A DNA stretch of 64,000 nucleotides from Eledone cirrhosa (Eukaryota), in NCBI GenBank assembly GCA_964016885.1, contig OZ024740.1, forward strand, positions 435,860,001 through 435,924,000, read 5' to 3'. A program made the translations under genes and the position numbers. How positions within the stretch are numbered: the first letter of the stretch is position 1; each line of letters starts with the position of its first letter. Under the pieces are notes generated by a model. That model was given only the letters and a program-made list of their open reading frames with translations. It was not told the origin of the DNA and made no database searches. Shown piece by piece: positions 45,611-61,500 of the stretch.

Positions 45611-46402
45611 ATTATTATTACTTTTATGATTTTAATAACCTCTGTCATCGTCGTTCTACTAATTTATTTACATTATTCTGGACTCCGAAGCCGAGAATCA
45701 TTCGGTTTCCTAAATAGAATATTAGTCTAATGACTCCATTTATACCATAAACATGGTTTTGTTCTCATCGCTCCACATAACGATGTTTTATTCCCGCTTT
45801 TTTCCGTTCATTGCCAGGGAATGTCTCCACGAACCAAAGTATCATCTTCCTGTTTTCCTTCGGTTGCAACGTTTTTCGAAATAATTAGTTCTGCGTTCAC
45901 AGATTGATTTTTTTAGTTTCAGAAGATCCTGTTAAGAGTAAAAGCAGCAATTCTTTGCTTAAACTTTAATCTGTTATTTTAACAAATATTTATATGTGTG
46001 TGTGTATAATAATATGATCGATATCCAGTGATTTAGATATCGTTTATAATTTGCTCAACAAATTCGTTAGGAGCATACACATAGGAGTAATTGTAATACA
46101 ACATCTCCAGCCAGAAGACTAAAGTTATGAAAACAATGTAATTATTGTATCGACAAATTAACATATGAATATGTTCAGATAACCTTGTAAATTACTTCCA
46201 CTTGTTTTGGAACCTAAAATAAGATTTAACATGTTTATTTACAATAACACTGTGTTTTAATTACTTTTCCTAAGTAAAATACCTGGGTATAGGTATTGAT
46301 AAGAGTGATTGAAATTTCAGGTGTATTTTCTCTGGTTTCTGCTTAGAATGAAATTATGTAAATCTATTATTTACTTTTTGTTTACTGTTTTGTCTTCTTT
46401 AG

Positions 46403-46482
46403 CCTCTGAAAACCTCTGGCAAACATGGGGTAGGATTGTTAATGAATGGGATAACTTAAAGAAGAAGCCAACCAATTTGAAG
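46403..46482 (+). CDS. EVI5: Internal 80-bp coding exon of an EVI5/EVI5L-like TBC-domain Rab GAP
   Basis: Long polypyrimidine tract ending TTCTTTAG at 46402 and donor AAG|GTAACA at 46482/46483. Translation xSENLWQTWGRIVNEWDNLKKKPTNLK matches the recalled EVI5 segment EEDSWILWGRIVNEWEDVRKKKEKQVK just before the TBC domain, with WGRIVNEW identical. Upstream intron phase 1, downstream phase 0. The identification is from memory, not from a search. Confidence 0.8.
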
Positions 46483-46532
46483 GTAACAACTTTAGGATTG
46501 ATTCCACAGTTTGATTTCATGTCACTGAAACA

Positions 46533-49500
46533 TTAACCCTTTCATTACCATATTTCTAATGAAAGACACTGTCTATGTCGTTAACCCTTTCATTACCATA
46601 TTTCTAATGTAGACACTGTCTATGTCATTAACCCTTTCATTACCATATTTCTAATATAGACACTGTCTATGTCATTAACCCTTTCATTACCATATTTCTA
46701 ATGAAAGACACTGTCTATGTCATTAACCCTTTCATTACCATATTTCTAATGTAGACATTGTCTATGTCATTAACCCTTTCATTACCATATTTCTAATGAA
46801 AGACACTGTCTATGTCATTAACCCTTTCATTACCATATTTCTAATTAAAGACACCGTCTATGCCATTAACCCTTTCATTACCATATTTCTAATGTAGACA
46901 CTGTCTATGTCATTAACCCTTTCATTACCATATTTCTAGTAAAAGACACTGTCTATGTCATTAACCCTTTCGTTACCATATTTCTAATGAGAGACACTGT
47001 CTATGTCATTAATCCTTTCATTACCATATTTCTAATGAAAGACACTGTCTATGTCATTAATCCTTTCATTACCATATTTCTAATGAAAGACACTGTCTAT
47101 GTCATTAATCCTTCATTACCATATTTCTAGTGAAAGACACTGTCCATGTCATTAACCCTTTCATTACCATATTTCTAGTAAAAGACACTGTCTATGTCTT
47201 TAACCCTTTCATTACCATATTTCTAATGAAAGACACTGTCTATGTCATTAATCCTTTCATTACCATATTTCTAGTGAAAGACACTGTCTATGTCATTAAC
47301 CCTTTCATTACCATATTTCCACTGAAAGACACTGTCTATGTCATTAACCCTTTCATTACCATATTTCTAATGTAGACACTGTCTATGTCATTAACCCTTT
47401 CATTACCATATTTCTAGTAAAAGACACTGTCTATGTCATTAACCCTTTCATAACCATATTTCTAGTAAAAGACACTGTCTATGTCATTAACCCTTTCATT
47501 ACCATATTTCTAATGAAAGACACTGTCTATGTCATTAACCCTTTCATTACCATATTTCTAATAAAAGACACTGTCTATGTCATTAACCCTTTCATTACCA
47601 TATTTCTAATGAAAGACACTGTCTATGTCATTAACCCTTTCATTACCATATTTCTAATGTAGACACTGTCTATGTCATTAACCCTTTCATTACCATATTT
47701 CCAATGAAAGACACTTTCTATGTCATTAATCCTTTCATTACCATATTTCTAGTAAAAGACACTGTCTATGTCATTAACCCTTTCATTACCATATTTCTAG
47801 TAAAAGACACTGTCTATGTCATTAACCCTTTCATTACCATATTTCTAATGAAATACACTGTCTATGTCATTAAACCTTTCATTACCATATTTCTAGTAAA
47901 AGACACTGTCTATGTCATTAACCCTTTCATTACCATATATCTAATGAAAGACACTGTCTATGTCATTAACCCTTTAATTACCATATTTCTAATGAAAGAT
48001 ACTGTCTATGTCATTAACCCTTTCATAACTATATTTCTAGTAAAAGACACTGTCTATGTCATTAACCCTTTCATTACCATATTTCTAATATAGACACTGT
48101 CTATGTCATTAACCCTTTCATTACCATATTTCTAATGTAGACACTGTCTATGTCATTAACCCTTTCATTACCATATTTCTAATATAGACACTGTCTATGT
48201 CATTAACCCTTTCATTAGCATATTTCTAGTAAAAGACACTGTCTATGTGATTAACCCTTTCATTACCATATTTCTAGTAAAAGACACTGTCTATGTCATT
48301 AACCCTTTCATTACCATATTTCTAGTAAAAGACACTGTCTATGTGATTAACCCTTTCATTACCATATTTCTAGTAAAAGACAATGTCTATGTCATTAACC
48401 ATTTCATAACCATATTTCTAATGAAAGACACTGTCTATGTCATTAACCCTTTCATTACCATATTTCTAGTAAAAGACACTGTCTATGTCATTAACCCTTT
48501 CGTTACCATATTTCTAATGAGAGACACTGTCTATGTCATTAATCCTTTCATTACCATATTTCTAATGAAAGACACTGTCTATGTCATTAATCCTTTCATT
48601 ACCATATTTCTAATGAAAGACACTGTCTATGTCATTAATCCTTCATTACCATATTTCTAGTGAAAGACACTGTCCATGTCATTAACCCTTTCATTACCAT
48701 ATTTCTAGTAAAAGACACTGTCTATGTCTTTAACCCTTTCATTACCATATTTCTAATGAAAGACACTGTCTATGTCATTAATCCTTTCATTACCATATTT
48801 CTAGTGAAAGACACTGTCTATGTCATTAACCCTTTCATTACCATATTTCTAATGAAAGACACTGTCTATGTCATTAATCCTTTCATTACCATATTTCTAG
48901 TGAAAGACACTGTCTATGTCATTAACCCTTTCATTACCATATTTCCACTGAAAGACACTGTCTATGTCATTAACCCTTTCATTACCATATTTCTGATGTA
49001 GACACTGTCTATGTCATTAACCTTTCATTACCATATTTCTAATGTAGACACTGTCTATGTTATTAACCCTTTCATAACCATATTTCTAGTAAAAGACACT
49101 GTCTATGTCATTAACCCTTTCATTACCATATTTCTAATGAAAGACACTGTCTATGTCATTAACCCTTTCATTACCATATTTCTAATAAAAGACACTGTCT
49201 ATGTCATTAACCCTTTCATTACCATATTTCTAATGAAAGACACTGTCTATGTCATTAACCCTTTCATTACCATATTTCTAATGTAGACACTGTCTATGTC
49301 ATTAACCCTTTCATTACCATATTTCCAATGAAAGACACTGTCTATGTCATTAATCCTTTCATTACCATATTTCTAGTAAAAGACACTGTCTATGTCATTA
49401 ACCCTTTCATAACCATATTTCTAATGAAAGACACTGTCTATGTCATTAACCCTTTCATTACCATATTTCTAATAAAAGACACTGTCTATGTCATTAACCC

Positions 49501-52500
49501 TTTCATTACCATATTTCTAATGAAAGACACTGTCTATGTCATTAACCCTTTCATTACCATATTTCTAATGTAGACACTGTCTATGTCATTAACCCTTTCA
49601 TTACCATATTTCCAATGAAAGACACTTTCTATGTCATTAATCCTTTCATTACCATATTTCTAGTAAAAGACACTGTCTATGTCATTAACCCTTTCATTAC
49701 CATATTTCTAGTAAAAGACACTGTCTATGTCATTAACCCTTTCATTACCATATTTCTAATGAAATACACTGTCTATGTCATTAAACCTTTCATTACCATA
49801 TTTCTAGTAAAAGACACTGTCTATGTCATTAACCCTTTCATTACCATATATCTAATGAAAGACACTGTCTATGTCATTAACCCTTTAATTACCATATTTC
49901 TAATGAAAGATACTGTCTATGTCATTAACCCTTTCATAACTATATTTCTAGTAAAAGACACTGTCTATGTCATTAACCCTTTCATTACCATATTTCTAAT
50001 ATAGACACTGTCTATGTCATTAACCCTTTCATTACCATATTTCTAATGTAGACACTGTCTATGTCATTAACCCTTTCATTACCATATTTCTAATATAGAC
50101 ACTGTCTATGTCATTAACCCTTTCATTAGCATATTTCTAGTAAAAGACACTGTCTATGTGATTAACCCTTTCATTACCATATTTCTAGTAAAAGACACTG
50201 TCTATGTCATTAACCCTTTCATTACCATATTTCTAGTAAAAGACACTGTCTATGTGATTAACCCTTTCATTACCATATTGCTAGTAAAAGACAATGTCTA
50301 TGTCATTAACCATTTCATAACCATATTTCTAATGAAAGACACTGTCTATGTCATTAACCCTTTCATTACCATATTTCTAGTAAAAGACACTGTCTATGTC
50401 ATTAACCCTTTCATTACCATATTTCTAATGAAATACACTGTCTATGTCATTAAACCTTTCATTACCATATTTCTAGTAAAAGACACTGTCTATGTCATTA
50501 ACCCTTTCATTACCATATATCTAATGAAAGACACTGTCTATGTCATTAACCCTTTAATTACCATATTTCTAATGAAAGATACTGTCTATGTCATTAACCC
50601 TTTCATAACTATATTTCTAGTAAAAGACACTGTCTATGTCATTAACCCTTTCATTACCATATTTCTAATATAGACACTGTCTATGTCATTAACCCTTTCA
50701 TTACCATATTTCTAATGTAGACACTGTCTATGTCATTAACCCTTTCATTACCATATTTCTAATGAAAGACACTGTCTATGTCATTAATCCTTTCATTACC
50801 ATATTTCTAGTGAAAGACACTGTCTATGTCATTAACCCTTTCATTACCATATTTCCACTGAAAGACACTGTCTATGTCATTAACCCTTTCATTACCATAT
50901 TTCTAATGTAGACACTGTCTATGTCATTAACCTTTCATTACCATATTTCTAATGTAGACACTGTCTATGTTATTAACCCTTTCATAACCATATTTCTAGT
51001 AAAAGACACTGTCTATGTCATTAACCCTTTCATTACCATATTTCTAATGAAAGACACTGTCTATGTCATTAACCCTTTCATTACCATATTTCTAATAAAA
51101 GACACTGTCTATGTCATTAACCCTTTCATTACCATATTTCTAATGAAAGACACTGTCTATGTCATTAACCCTTTCATTACCATATTTCTAATGTAGACAC
51201 TGTCTATGTCATTAACCCTTTCATTACCATATTTCTAGTAAAAGACACTGTCTATGTGATTAACCCTTTCATTACCATATTTCTAGTAAAAGACACTGTC
51301 TATGTCATTAACCCTTTCATTACCATATTTCTAGTAAAAGACACTGTCTATGTCATTAACCCTTTCATTACCATATTTCTAGTAAAAGACACTGTCTATG
51401 TCATTAACCCTTTCATTAGCATATTTCTAGTAAAAGACACTGTCTATGTCATTAACCCTTTCATTACCATATTTCTAATGAAAGACACTGTCTATGTCAT
51501 TAACCCTTTCATTACCATATTTCTAATGTAGACACTGTCTATATCATTAACCCTTTCATTACCATATTTCTAATGAAAGGCACTGTCTATGTCATTAATC
51601 CTTTCATTACCATATTTCTAGTAAAAGACACTGTCTATGTCATTAACCCTTTCATAACCATATTTCTAGTAAAAGACACTGTCTATGTCATTAACCCTTT
51701 CATTACCATATTTCTAATGTAGACACTGTCTATGTTATTAACCCTTTCATTACCATATTTCTAATGAAAGACACTGTCTATGTCATTAATCCTTTCATTA
51801 CCATATTTCTAGTAAAAGACACTGTCTATGTAATTAACCCTTTCATTACCATATTTCTAGTAAAAGACACTGTCTATGTCATTAACCCTTTCATTACCAT
51901 ATTTCTAATGAAAGACACTGTCTATGTCATTAACCCTATCATTACCATATTTCTAGTAAAAGACACTGTCTATGTCATTAACCCTTTCATTACCATATAT
52001 CTAATGAAAGACACTGTCTATGTCATTAACCCTTTCATTACCATATTTCTAATGAAAGACACTGTCTATGTCATTAACCCTTTCATTACCATATTTCTAA
52101 TGTAGGCACTGTCTATGTCATTAACCTTTCATTACCATATTTCTAATGTAGACACTGTCTATGTCATTAACCCTTTCATAACCATATTTCTAATGAAAGA
52201 CACTGTCTATGTCATTAAACCTTTCATTACCATATTTCTAGTAAAAGACACTGTCTATGTCATTAACCCTTTCATTACCATATATCTAATGAAAGACACT
52301 GTCTATGTCATTAACCCTTTCATTACCATATTTCTAATGAAAGATACTGTCTATGTCATTAACCCTTTCATAACCATATTTCTAGTAAAAGACACTGTCT
52401 ATGTCATTAACCCTTTCATTACCATATTTCTAATATAGACACTGTCTATGTCATTAACCCTTTCATTACCATATTTCTAATGTAGACACTGTCTATGTCA

Positions 52501-55500
52501 TTAACCCTTTCATTACCATATTTCTAATATAGACACTGTCTATGTCATTAACCCTTTCATTACCATATTTCTAATGAAAGACACTGCCTATGTCATTAAT
52601 CCTTTCATTACCATATTTCTAGTAAAAGACACTGTCTATGTCATTAACCCTTTCATTACCATATTTCTAATGAAAGACACTGTCTATGTCATTAACCCTT
52701 TCATTACCATATTTCTAGTAAAAGACACTGTCTATGTCATTAACCCTTTCATTACCATATTTCAAGTAAAAGACACTGTCTATGTCATTAACCCTTTCAT
52801 TAGCATATTTCTAGTAAAAGACACTGTCTATGTCATTAACCCTTTCATTACCATATTTCTAATGAAAGACACTGTCTATGTCATTAACCCTTTCATTACC
52901 ATATTTCTAATGTAGACACTGTCTATGTTATTAACCCTTTCATTACCATATTTCTAATGAAAGACACTGTCTGTCATTAATCCTTTCATTACCATATTTC
53001 TAGTAAAAGACACTGTCTGTCATTAATCCTTTCATTACCATATTTCTAGTAAAAGACACTGTCTATGTAATTAACCCTTTCATTACCATATTTCTAGTAA
53101 AAGACACTGTCTATGTCATTAACCCTTTCATTACCATATTTCTAATGAAAGACACTGTCTATGTCATTAACCCTTTCATTACCATATTTCTAGTAAAAGA
53201 CACTGTCTATGTCATTAACCCTTTCATTACCATATATCTAATGAAAGACACTGTCTATGTCATTAACCCTTTCATTACCATATTTCTAATGAAAGACACT
53301 GTCTATGTCATTAACCCTTTCATTACCATATTTCTAGTAAAAGACACTGTCTATGTCATTAACCCTTTCATTACCATATTTCTAATGAAAGACACTGTCT
53401 ATATCATTAACCCTTTCATTACCATATTTCTAATGAAAGACACTGTCTATGTCGTTAACCCTTTCATTACCATATTTCTAATGTAGACATTGTCTATGTC
53501 ATTAACCCTTTCATTACCATATTTCTAATATAGACACTGTCTATGTCATTAACCCTTTCATTACCATATTTCTAATGAAAGACGCTGTCTATGTCATTAA
53601 TCCTTTCATTACCATATTTCTAGTAAAAGACACTGTCTATGTCATTAACCCTTTCATTACCATATTTCTAATGAAAGACACTGTCTATGTCATTAACCCT
53701 TTCATTACCATATTTCTAGTAAAAGACTCTGTCTATGTCATTAACCCTTTCATTACCATATTTCTAGTAAAAGACACTGTCTATGTCATTAACCCTTTCA
53801 TTACCATATTTCTAGAAAAAGACACTGTCTATGTCATTAACCCTTTCATTACCATATTTCTAATGAAAGACACTGTCTATGTCATTAACCCTTTCATTAC
53901 CATATTTCTAATGAAAGACACTGTCTATGTCATTAATCCTTTCATTACCATATTTCTAGTAAAAGACACTGTCTATGTCATTAACCCTTTCATTACCATA
54001 TTTCTAATGAAAGACACTGTCTATGTCATTAACCCTTTCATTACCATATTTCTAGTAAAAGTCACTGTCTATGTCATTAACCCTTTCATTACCATATTTC
54101 TAGTAAAAGACACTGTCTATGTCATTAACCCTTTCATTACCATATTTCTAATGAAAGACACTGTCTATGTCATTAACCCTTTCATTACCATATTTCTAAT
54201 GAAAGACACTGTCTATGTCATTAACCCTTTCATTACCATATTTCTAGTAAAAGACACTGTCTATGTCATTAACCCTTTCATTACCATATTTCTAGTAAAA
54301 GACACTGTCTATGTCGTTAACCCTTTCATTACCATATTTCTAATGTAGACACTGTCTATGTCATTAACCCTTTCATTACCATATTTTTAGTAAAAGACAC
54401 TGTCTATGTCATTAACCCTTTCATTACCATATTTCTAATGAAAGACACTGTCTATGTCGTTAACCCTTTCATTACCATATTTCTAATGTAGACATTGTCT
54501 ATGTCATTGACCCTTTCATTACCATATTTCTAATGTAGACACTGTCTATGACATTAACCCTTTCATTACCATATTTCTAGTAAAAGACACTGTCTATGTC
54601 ATTAACCCTTTCATTAGCATATTTCTAATGAAAGACACTGTCTATGTCATTAACCCTTTCATTAGCATATTTCTAATGAAAGACACTGTATATGTCATTA
54701 ACCCTTTCATTACAATATTTCTAATGAAAGACACTCTCTATGTCATTAACCCTTACATTACCATATTTCTAGTAAAAGACACTGTCTATGTCATTCACCC
54801 TTTCATTAACATATTTCTAATGAAAGACACTGTCTATATCATTAACCCTTTCATTACCATATTTCTTATGAAAGACACTGTCTATGTCATTAACCCTTTC
54901 ATTACCATATTTTTAATGAAAGACACTGTCTATGTCATTAACCCTTTCATTACCATATTTCTAATGAAAGACACTGTCTATGTCATTAACCCTTTCATTA
55001 CCATATTTCTAGTAAAAGACACTGTCTATGTCATTAACCCTTTCATTACCATATTTCTAATGAAAGACACTGTCTATGTCATTAATCCTTTCATTACCAT
55101 ATTTCTAGTAAAAGACACTGTCTATGTAATTAACCCTTTCATTACCATATTTCTAGTAAAAGACACTGTCTATGTCATTAACCCTTTCATTACCATATTT
55201 CTAATGAAAGACACTGTCTATGTCATTAACCCTATCATTACCATATTTCTAGTAAAAGACACTGTCTATGTCATTAACCCTTTCATTACCATATATCTAA
55301 TGAAAGACACTGTCTATGTCATTAACCCTTTCATTACCATATTTCTAATGAAAGACACTGTCTATGTCATTAACCCTTTCATTACCATATTTCTAATGTA
55401 GGCACTGTCTATGTCATTAACCTTTCATTACCATATTTCTAATGTAGACACTGTCTATGTCATTAACCCTTTCATAACCATATTTCTAGTAAAAGACACT

Positions 55501-58500
55501 GTCTATGTCATTAACCCTTTCATTACCATATTTCTAATGAAAGACACTGTCTATGTCATTAACCCTTTCATTACCATATTTCTAATGAAAGACACTGTCT
55601 ATGTCATTAAACCTTTCATTACCATATTTCTAGTAAAAGACACTGTCTATGTCATTAACCCTTTCATTACCATATATCTAATGAAAGACACTGTCTATGT
55701 CATTAACCCTTTCATTACCATATTTCTAATGAAAGATACTGTCTATGTCATTAACCCTTTCATAACCATATTTCTAGTAAAAGACACTGTCTATGTCATT
55801 AACCCTTTCATTACCATATTTCTAATATAGACACTGTCTATGTCATTAACCCTTTCATTACCATATTTCTAATGTAGACACTGTCTATGTCATTAACCCT
55901 TTCATTACCATATTTCTAATATAGACACTGTCTATGTCATTAACCCTTTCATTACCATATTTCTAATGAAAGACACTGCCTATGTCATTAATCCTTTCAT
56001 TACCATATTTCTAGTAAAAGACACTGTCTATGTCATTAACCCTTTCATTACCATATTTCTAATGAAAGACACTGTCTATGTCATTAACCCTTTCATTACC
56101 ATATTTCTAGTAAAAGACACTGTCTATGTCATTAACCCTTTCATTACCATATTTCAAGTAAAAGACACTGTCTATGTCATTAACCCTTTCATTAGCATAT
56201 TTCTAGTAAAAGACACTGTCTATGTCATTAACCCTTTCATTACCATATTTCTAATGAAAGACACTGTCTATGTCATTAACCCTTTCATTACCATATTTCT
56301 AATGTAGACACTGTCTATATCATTAACCCTTTCATTACCATATTTCTAATGAAAGACACTGTCTATGTCATTAATCCTTTCATTACCATATTTCTAGTAA
56401 AAGACACTGTCTATGTCATTAACCCTTTCATTACCATATTTCTAATGAAAGACACTGTCTATGTCATTAACCCTTTCATAACCATATTTCTAGTAAAAGA
56501 CACTGTCTATGTCATTAACCCTTTCATTACCATATTTCTAATGTAGACACTGTCTATGTTATTAACTCTTTCATTACCATATTTCTAATGAAAGACACTG
56601 TCTGTCATTAATCCTTTCATTACCATATTTCTAGTAAAAGACACTGTCTGTCATTAATCCTTTCATTACCATATTTCTAGTAAAAGACACTGTCTATGTA
56701 ATTAACCCTTTCATTACCATATTTCTAGTAAAAGACACTGTCTATGTCATTAACCCTTTCATTACCATATTTCTAATGAAAGACACTGTCTATGTCATTA
56801 ACCCTTTCATTACCATATTTCTAGTAAAAGACACTGTCTATGTCATTAACCCTTTCATTACCATATATCTAATGAAAGACACTGTCTATGTCATTAACCC
56901 TTTCATTACCATATTTCTAATGAAAGACACTGTCTATGTCATTAACCCTTTCATTACCATATTTCTAGTAAAAGACACTGTCTATGTCATTAACCCTTTC
57001 ATTACCATATTTCTAATGAAAGACACTGTCTATATCATTAACCCTTTCATTACCATATTTCTAATGAAAGACACTGTCTATGTCGTTAACCCTTTCATTA
57101 CCATATTTCTAATGTAGACATTGTCTATGTCATTAACCCTTTCATTACCATATTTCTAATATAGACACTGTCTATGTCATTAACCCTTTCATTACCATAT
57201 TTCTAATGAAAGACACTGTCTATGTCATTAATCCTTTCATTACCATATTTCTAGTAAAAGACACTGTCTATGTCATTAACCCTTTCATTACCATATTTCT
57301 AATGAAAGACACTGTCTATGTCATTAACCCTTTCATTACCATATTTCTAGTAAAAGTCACTGTCTATGTCATTAACCCTTTCATTACCATATTTCTAGTA
57401 AAAGACTCTGTCTATGTCATTAACCCTTTCATTACCATATTTCTAGTAAAAGACACTGTCTATGTCATTAACCCTTTCATTACCATATTTCTAGAAAAAG
57501 ACACTGTCTATGTCATTAACCCTTTCATTACCATATTTCTAATGAAAGACACTGTCTATGTCATTAACCCTTTCATTACCATATTTCTAATGAAAGACAC
57601 TGTCTATGTCATTAATCCTTTCATTACCATATTTCTAGTAAAAGACACTGTCTATGTCATTAACCCTTTCATTACCATATTTCTAATGAAAGACACTGTC
57701 TATGTCATTAACCCTTTCATTACCATATTTCTAGTAAAAGTCACTGTCTATGTCATTAACCCTTTCATTACCATATTTCTAGTAAAAGACACTGTCTATG
57801 TCATTAACCCTTTCATTACCATATTTCTAATGAAAGACACTGTCTATGTCATTAACCCTTTCATTACCATATTTCTAATGAAAGACACTGTCTATGTCAT
57901 TAACCCTTTCATTACCATATTTCTAGTAAAAGACACTGTCTATGTCATTAACCCTTTCATTACCATATTTCTAGTAAAAGACACTGTCTATGTCGTTAAC
58001 CCTTTCATTACCATATTTCTAATGTAGACACTGTCTATGTCATTAACCCTTTCATTACCATATTTTTAGTAAAAGACACTATCTATGTCATTAACCCTTT
58101 CATTACCATATTTCTAATGAAAGACACTGTCTATGTCGTTAACCCTTTCATTACCATATTTCTAATGTAGACATTGTCTATGTCATTGACCCTTTCATTA
58201 CCATATTTCTAATGTAGACACTGTCTATGACATTAACCCTTTCATTACCATATTTCTAGTAAAAGACACTGTCTATGTCATTAACCCTTTCATTAGCATA
58301 TTTCTAATGAAAGACACTGTCTATGTCATTAACCCTTTCATTAGCATATTTCTAATGAAAGACACTGTATATGTCATTAACCCTTTCATTACAATATTTC
58401 TAATGAAAGACACTCTCTATGTCATTAACCCTTACATTACCATATTTCTAGTAAAAGACACTGTCTATGTCATTCACCCTTTCATTAACATATTTCTAAT

Positions 58501-61500
58501 GAAAGACACTGTCTATGTCATTAACCCTTTCATTACCATATTTCTTATGAAAGACACTGTCTATGTCATTAACCCTTTCATTACCATATTTTTAATGAAA
58601 GACACTGTCTATGTCATTAACCCTTTCATTACCATATTTCTAATGAAAGACACTGTCTATGTCATTAACCCTTTCATTACCATATTTCTAATGAAAGATA
58701 TTGCCTATGTCATTAACCCTTTCATTACCATATTTCTAGTAAAAGACACTGTCTATGTCGTTAACCCTTTCATTACCATATTTCTAATGTAGACATTGTC
58801 TATGTCATTAACCCTTTCATTACCATATTTCTAATATAGACACTGTCTATGTCATTAACCCTTTCATTACCATATTTCTAATGAAAGACACTGTCTATGT
58901 CATTAATCCTTTCATTACCATATTTCTAGTAAAAGACACTGTCTATGTCATTAACCCTTTCATTACCATATTTCTAATGAAAGACACTGTCTATGTCATT
59001 AACCCTTTCATTACCATATTTCTAGTAAAAGTCACTGTCTATGTCATTAACCCTTTCATTACCATATTTCTAGTAAAAGACTCTGTCTATGTCATTAACC
59101 CTTTCATTACCATATTTCTAGTAAAAGACACTGTCTATGTCATTAACCCTTTCATTACCATATTTCTAGAAAAAGACACTGTCTATGTCATTAACCCTTT
59201 CATTACCATATTTCTAATGAAAGACACTGTCTATGTCATTAACCCTTTCATTACCATATTTCTAATGAAAGACACTCTCTATGTCATTAATCCTTTCATT
59301 ACCATATTTCTAGTAAAAGACACTGTCTATGTCATTAACCCTTTCATTACCATATTTCTAATGAAAGACACTGTCTATGTCATTAACCCTTTCATTACCA
59401 TATTTCTAGTAAAAGTCACTGTCTATGTCATTAACCCTTTCATTACCATATTTCTAGTAAAAGACACTGTCTATGTCATTAACCCTTTCATTACCATATT
59501 TCTAATGAAAGACACTGTCTATGTCATTAACCCTTTCATTACCATATTTCTAATGAAAGACACTGTCTATGTCATTAACCCTTTCATTACCATATTTCTA
59601 GTAAAAGACACTGTCTATGTCATTAACCCTTTCATTACCATATTTCTAGTAAAAGACACTGTCTATGTCGTTAACCCTTTCATTACCATATTTCTAATGT
59701 AGACACTGTCTATGTCATTAACCCTTTCATTACCATATTTCTAGTAAAAGACACTGTCTATGTCATTAACCCTTTCATTACCATATTTCTAATGAAAGAC
59801 ACTGTCTATGTCGTTAACCCTTTCATTACCATATTTCTAATGTAGACATTGTCTATGTCATTGACCCTTTCATTACCATATTTCTAATGTAGACACTGTC
59901 TATGACATTAACCCTTTCATTACCATATTTCTAGTAAAAGACACTGTCTATGTCATTAACCCTTTCATTAGCATATTTCTAATGAAAGACACTGTCTATG
60001 TCATTAACCCTTTCATTAGCATATTTCTAATGAAAGACACTGTATATGTCATTAACCCTTTCATTACAATATTTCTAATGAAAGACACTCTCTATGTCAT
60101 TAACCCTTACATTACCATATTTCTAGTAAAAGACACTGTCTATGTCATTCACCCTTTCATTAACATATTTCTAATGAAAGACACTGTCTATGTCATTAAC
60201 CCTTTCATTACCATATTTCTTATGAAAGACACTGTCTATGTCATTAACCCTTTCATTACCATATTTTTAATGAAAGACACTGTCTATGTCATTAACCCTT
60301 TCATTACCATATTTCTAATGAAAGACACTGTCTATGTCATTAACCCTTTCATTACCATATTTCTAATGAAAGATATTGCCTATGTCATTAACCCTTTCAT
60401 TACCATATTTCTAGTAAAAGACACTGTCTATGTCATTAACCCTTTCATTACCATATTTCTAATGAAAGACACTGTCTATGTCATTAACCCTTTCATTACT
60501 ATATTTCTAGTAAAAGACACTGTCTATATCATTAACCCATTCATTACCATATTTTTAATGAAAGACACTGTCTATGTCATAACCCTTTCATTACCGTATT
60601 TCTAGTAAAAGACACTGTCTATGTCATTAACCCTTTCATTACCATATTTCTAATGAAAGACACTGTCTATGTCATTAACCCTTTCATTACCATATTTCTA
60701 ATGAAAGATATTGCCTATGTCATTAACCCTTTCATTACCATATTTCTAATGAAAGACACTGTCTATGTCTTTAACCCTTTCATTACTATATTTCTAGCAA
60801 AAGACACTGTCTATGTCATTAACCCTTTCATTACCATATTTCTAATGAAAGACTCTGTCTATGTCATTTACCCTTTCATTAGCATATTTCTAATGAAAGA
60901 CCCTGTCTATGTCATTAACCCTTTCATTACCATATTTCTAATGAAAGACTCTGTCTATGTCATTTACCCTTTCATTACCATATTTCTAATAAAAGACACT
61001 GTCTATGTCATTAACCCTTTCATTACCATATTTCTAGTAAAAGACACTGTCTATGTCATTAACCCTTTCATTACCATATTTCTAGTAAAAGACACTGTCT
61101 ATGTCATTAACCCTTTCATTAGCATATTTCTAATGAAAGACACTGTCTATGTCATTAACCCTTTCATTAGCATATTTCTAATGAAAGACACTGTATATGT
61201 CATTAACCCTTTCATTACAATATTTCTAATGAAAGACACTCTCTATGTCATTAACCCTTACATTACCATATTTCTAGTAAAAGACACTGTCTATGTCATT
61301 CACCCTTTCATTAACATATTTCTAATGAAAGACACTGTCTATGTCATTAACCCTTTCATTACCATATTTCTTATGAAAGACACTGTCTATGTCATTAAAC
61401 CTTTCATTACCATATTTCTAATGAAAGACTCTGTCTATGTCATTAACCCTTTCATTACCATATTTTTAATGAAAGACACTGTCTATGTCATTAACCCTTT

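Noticed and set aside
45095-45717. Tyr/Val/Cys- or Thr/His-rich ORFs
   Set aside because: Translations of degenerate TA/TG microsatellite.
39837-46532. Whole core as cargo of one giant foldback element with the satellites as arms
   Set aside because: The TTA(A)CCCT-like ends read outward from the core rather than inward, the monomers differ in length, and the core contains a host exon with no transposase.
46309-46536. 75-aa single-exon ORF with a hydrophobic N-terminus
   Set aside because: The hydrophobic part is the translated polypyrimidine tract. Only 46403-46482, bounded by splice sites, looks coding.
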